Source: an uncultured Bacteroides sp.
Lineage (GTDB): Bacteria > Bacteroidota > Bacteroidia > Bacteroidales > Bacteroidaceae
DNA: 64,000 nt
Reading direction: 5' to 3'
NCBI RefSeq assembly: GCF_905207245.1
Contig: NZ_CAJLKP010000027.1
Location: 171 to 64,170, forward strand
Shown here: in pieces, positions 61,155 to 64,000 of the stretch
Position numbering within the stretch: the first letter of the stretch is position 1
Layout of the letters: each line of letters opens with the position of its first letter
Notes under the pieces: generated by a model
The model's input: only the letters and a program-made list of their open reading frames with translations
What the model was told of the DNA's origin: nothing
Databases searched by the model: none
Position numbers and translations under genes: made by a program

Positions 61155-63059
61155 ATGATAAAGCAACGAAAGATAGAGTTACTGGCTCCTGCCAAAAACA
61201 TGGAATGCGGCATTGAGGCTATTAATCATGGTGCGGATGCGGTCTACATCGGTGCGCCTAAGTTTGGCGCACGTGCAGCAGCCGGCAATTCGTTGGAAGA
61301 TATAGCTGCTTTGGTGGCTCATGCCCATTTATATAATGCCCGGATTTATGTGACTGTCAATACGATCTTAAAGGAAGAAGAACTGGAAGAGACAGAGAAA
61401 ATGATTTGGGATTTGTATCGTGCGGGAGTGGATGCGCTTATTGTGCAAGATATGGGAATCACTCACTTAAACCTGCCACCTATTCCCTTGCACGCCAGTA
61501 CGCAAATGGATAACCGTACGCCGGAGAAAATACGCTTCCTTGCAGAAGCCGGTTTCCGGCAGGTAGTATTGGCACGTGAGCTCTCCTTGCAGGAAATCAG
61601 CCATATTCATAAAGCCTGTCCGGAAGTGCCGTTGGAAGTATTTGTGCATGGGGCACTATGCGTTAGCTATAGTGGACAGTGCTATGTCAGTCAGGCATGC
61701 TTTGGGCGTAGTGCCAACCGGGGAGAGTGTGCACAGTTTTGCCGTCTGCCTTTCAGCCTGGTGGATACCGACGGAAAAATAATTGTACGTGATAAGCATT
61801 TGCTATCCCTTAAAGATTTGAATCAGAGTGATATGCTGGAAGAACTGCTCGATGCGGGCGCTGCTTCACTTAAAATAGAAGGTCGTCTGAAAGATGTCTC
61901 TTACGTAAAGAATGTCACAGCAGCCTATCGCCAGAAGCTGGATACCATCTTTGCCCGCCGCAAAGAATATGTGCGTGCTTCTTCCGGTATCTGCCGTTAT
62001 ACTTTCCGGCCGCAACTGGATAAGAGCTTCAGTCGTGGATTTACTCACTATTTCCTGCATGGACGCAGTGAAGAGATTTTCTCTTTCGATACCCCGAAAT
62101 CTCTCGGTGAAGAGATGGGAACTATGAAAGAGCAACGTGGAAATTACCTTACGGTAGCCGGACTGAAATCATTTAATAACGGTGATGGCGTATGCTATCT
62201 TGATGAACAGGACCGTTTGCAAGGTTTTCGCATCAACCGCGTGGACGGAAATAAACTTTATCCGGCAGGTGAGGTGCCCCGTATCCGTCCGCGAACTGTG
62301 CTCTACCGCAACTTCGACCAGGAATTTGAGAAGCTGCTTTCCCGCAAGTCTTCCGAGCGGAAGATTGCCGTATCCTTGCTTTTGGCAGATACGGCTTTTG
62401 GCTTTACCCTGACTGCTACGGATGAGGATGATAATAGTGTGACCCTTTCTTTCCCTTATCAGAAAGAACTTGCCCGTACTCCGCAGGCGGATAATCTGCG
62501 CACGCAACTCGGCAAATTAGGAAATACTCCCTTTGATGCTTGTCTTCCTGTAGGGGCGAAGTATCATTTGCCCGAAACCCGTTCCGCCATCGAAATATGC
62601 TTTTCCGACAACTGGTTTCTCCCTGCTTCCGTCGTAGCCGAATGGCGTCGCCAGGTTATAGAAAAACTCATTACTGACCGCCGCATCAACTACCGTCAGG
62701 AACTAGCTGTCTGGAAACCGACCACCCATCCTTTCCCGCTTTCGGAGACTCTGCATAAACCAGCCGCTTTCGGAACTTCATTGACGTATCTTGGCAATGT
62801 AATGAACACCCGTGCCGCTTCTTTCTATGCTGACCACGGCATTGCCTCCGTGGCTCTGGCCTATGAGAAGCAATCTGTTCCGGGTGCTGTCCTGATGTTT
62901 TGCAAACATTGCCTGCGTTATAGTATGGGTTGGTGTCCTACTTATCAGAAAGGACGTTCACCTTACCGGGAACCTTATTACCTGTCAGGAACCGACGGTA
63001 AGCGTTTCCGTCTGGAGTTTGATTGTAAAAATTGTCAGATGAAGGTTTATGCGGAATAA
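61155..63059 (+). CDS. U32-family peptidase
   Basis: ELLAPAKNMECGIEAINHGADAVYIG N-terminus. 634 aa with multiple Cys motifs (CVSYSGQCYVSQACFGRSANRGECAQFCR). Confidence 0.87.
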   Translation: MIKQRKIELLAPAKNMECGIEAINHGADAVYIGAPKFGARAAAGNSLEDIAALVAHAHLYNARIYVTVNTILKEEELEETEKMIWDLYRAGVDALIVQDMGITHLNLPPIPLHASTQMDNRTPEKIRFLAEAGFRQVVLARELSLQEISHIHKACPEVPLEVFVHGALCVSYSGQCYVSQACFGRSANRGECAQFCRLPFSLVDTDGKIIVRDKHLLSLKDLNQSDMLEELLDAGAASLKIEGRLKDVSYVKNVTAAYRQKLDTIFARRKEYVRASSGICRYTFRPQLDKSFSRGFTHYFLHGRSEEIFSFDTPKSLGEEMGTMKEQRGNYLTVAGLKSFNNGDGVCYLDEQDRLQGFRINRVDGNKLYPAGEVPRIRPRTVLYRNFDQEFEKLLSRKSSERKIAVSLLLADTAFGFTLTATDEDDNSVTLSFPYQKELARTPQADNLRTQLGKLGNTPFDACLPVGAKYHLPETRSAIEICFSDNWFLPASVVAEWRRQVIEKLITDRRINYRQELAVWKPTTHPFPLSETLHKPAAFGTSLTYLGNVMNTRAASFYADHGIASVALAYEKQSVPGAVLMFCKHCLRYSMGWCPTYQKGRSPYREPYYLSGTDGKRFRLEFDCKNCQMKVYAE

Positions 63060-63081
63060 GGAAGTGAAATATGAGTCAGGA

Positions 63082-64000
63082 ATGCGAATCAGCATAGGAC
63101 TACACAAAGTGTGCCGTTTCTTTTCTTTGCGCAGGTCTGCACTTATCTGTATTTCCTTATTCTTGTGTTTCTGTTTTCTTTCTTGCCGCTATTCTCGTCC
63201 CAATCTGGATGAGGAAGGAATGAGTGCCGGGACCCGCGATTCCTTGACTTACCTTTATGACCGCCACTATACGCTGAATACCAATTTGGAAGTGGTGCAG
63301 GATTCTGTTGTACTCGCCTGCCTTCCTGTGAAAGATTGCTATAATACCCTTTACAGAGGGGATCGTGTGGTAGTGGCCGAGTTAGCCATTCATCTGGCAG
63401 ATAGCGTGGATAGCGTCTGGGTGAAGCTGGCCCATACTCAGGATATACAGGGCTGGATTGGTGAGCGGGAGATGATGCAGGCTTTTGTGCCGACGGATAG
63501 TATTTCCCAATTCATTTACCTATTCAGTGATACGCATGCATCGTATTTTGTTATTATTTTCGCTTTGTTTGTGGGGGCCTGGATGCTGCGCCTATTCCGA
63601 CGTAAACAGTTGAAGATGGTTTATTTCAATGATATAGATAGTGTGTATCCGTTGTTGCTTTGCCTGCTGATGGCTTTCAGTGCTACGGTGTACGAGTCCA
63701 TGCAGGTCTTTGTGCCCGAAACATGGGAACACTTCTACTTTAATCCTACGCTTTCTCCTTTTAAAGTGCCGTTTGTTCTTTCAGTCTTCTTGCTGAGCAT
63801 CTGGCTGTTTATCATTGTGCTGCTGGCAGTGCTCGATGATCTGTTCCGCCAGCTTTCGCCTGCTGCCGCTATGTTCTATTTGTTGGGGTTGGCATCTTGC
63901 TGCATCTTCTGCTATTTCTTCTTTATACTGACTACACAGATTTATATCGGTTACGTCTTCCTTGCCGCTTTCATCTGGATTTTCCTGAAAAAGATGCATA
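63082..64000 (+). CDS. hypothetical lipoprotein/polytopic membrane protein (3' end outside window)
   Basis: Read by hand because the ORF is open to the window end and absent from the track. MRISIGLHKVCRFFSLRRSALICISLFLCFCFLSC (lipobox), then a soluble segment, then at least 4 hydrophobic segments. Confidence 0.5.
   Translation, partial: MRISIGLHKVCRFFSLRRSALICISLFLCFCFLSCRYSRPNLDEEGMSAGTRDSLTYLYDRHYTLNTNLEVVQDSVVLACLPVKDCYNTLYRGDRVVVAELAIHLADSVDSVWVKLAHTQDIQGWIGEREMMQAFVPTDSISQFIYLFSDTHASYFVIIFALFVGAWMLRLFRRKQLKMVYFNDIDSVYPLLLCLLMAFSATVYESMQVFVPETWEHFYFNPTLSPFKVPFVLSVFLLSIWLFIIVLLAVLDDLFRQLSPAAAMFYLLGLASCCIFCYFFFILTTQIYIGYVFLAAFIWIFLKKMH

Overview
This 64-kb window looks like a Bacteroides-type (Bacteroidota) chromosomal segment. 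The evidence is repeated TAnnTTTG -7 promoter boxes, start codons with A-rich rather than Shine-Dalgarno upstream sequence, many lipoproteins and TonB-dependent machinery. I saw no transposase, integrase, phage gene or CRISPR array.

Most genes are recognisable housekeeping or envelope functions:
- exbB-exbD-exbD-tonB-PstS-like-TPR operon
- ABC/GntR operon
- initiator tRNA-fMet
- TetR-fabG-rluA
- cyclophilin, M16 peptidase, MATE transporter, and a hybrid histidine kinase with an HPt domain
- TamB/TamA
- ABC-F ATPase, M13 peptidase, purH
- mreBCD-mrdA-rodA
- GldH-like lipoprotein, PSP1, holB, metF
- a fimbrillin/FISUMP lipoprotein, metA, U32 peptidase

Four things deserve a second look.
1. A tightly packed minus-strand cassette (38257..41657) encodes an HPr-kinase-like P-loop protein, an S26-like peptidase that seems to carry the Ser/His (ER/SipW-type) signature, a PqqD-like (RRE) protein and an ABC exporter. 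It resembles a peptide-maturation/export system, but I find no precursor gene and no core modifying enzyme.
2. A near-consensus sigma-54 promoter with an upstream array of GTGTGGAA repeats lies between an NtrC-type activator gene and a tiny secreted EEPKA-repeat protein. This sits at the head of a nine-gene cluster of mostly unknown function: TonB-dependent receptor, lipoprotein, beta-barrel, lipoprotein, PepSY-TM, ABC ATPase, permease and an anchored protein.
3. A family of long palindromic elements has arms built from 7-8 nt tandem words and a partly conserved GC-rich core. They sit between co-directional genes. Several have G:U-only arm mismatches that imply strand-specific RNA helices. One copy is embedded in frame in the hybrid histidine kinase, and a possible remnant lies inside the ABC exporter ATPase domain.
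4. Two separate arrays of 22-bp direct repeats each carry an internal dyad.

All family assignments come from motif recognition by eye. No database search was run.
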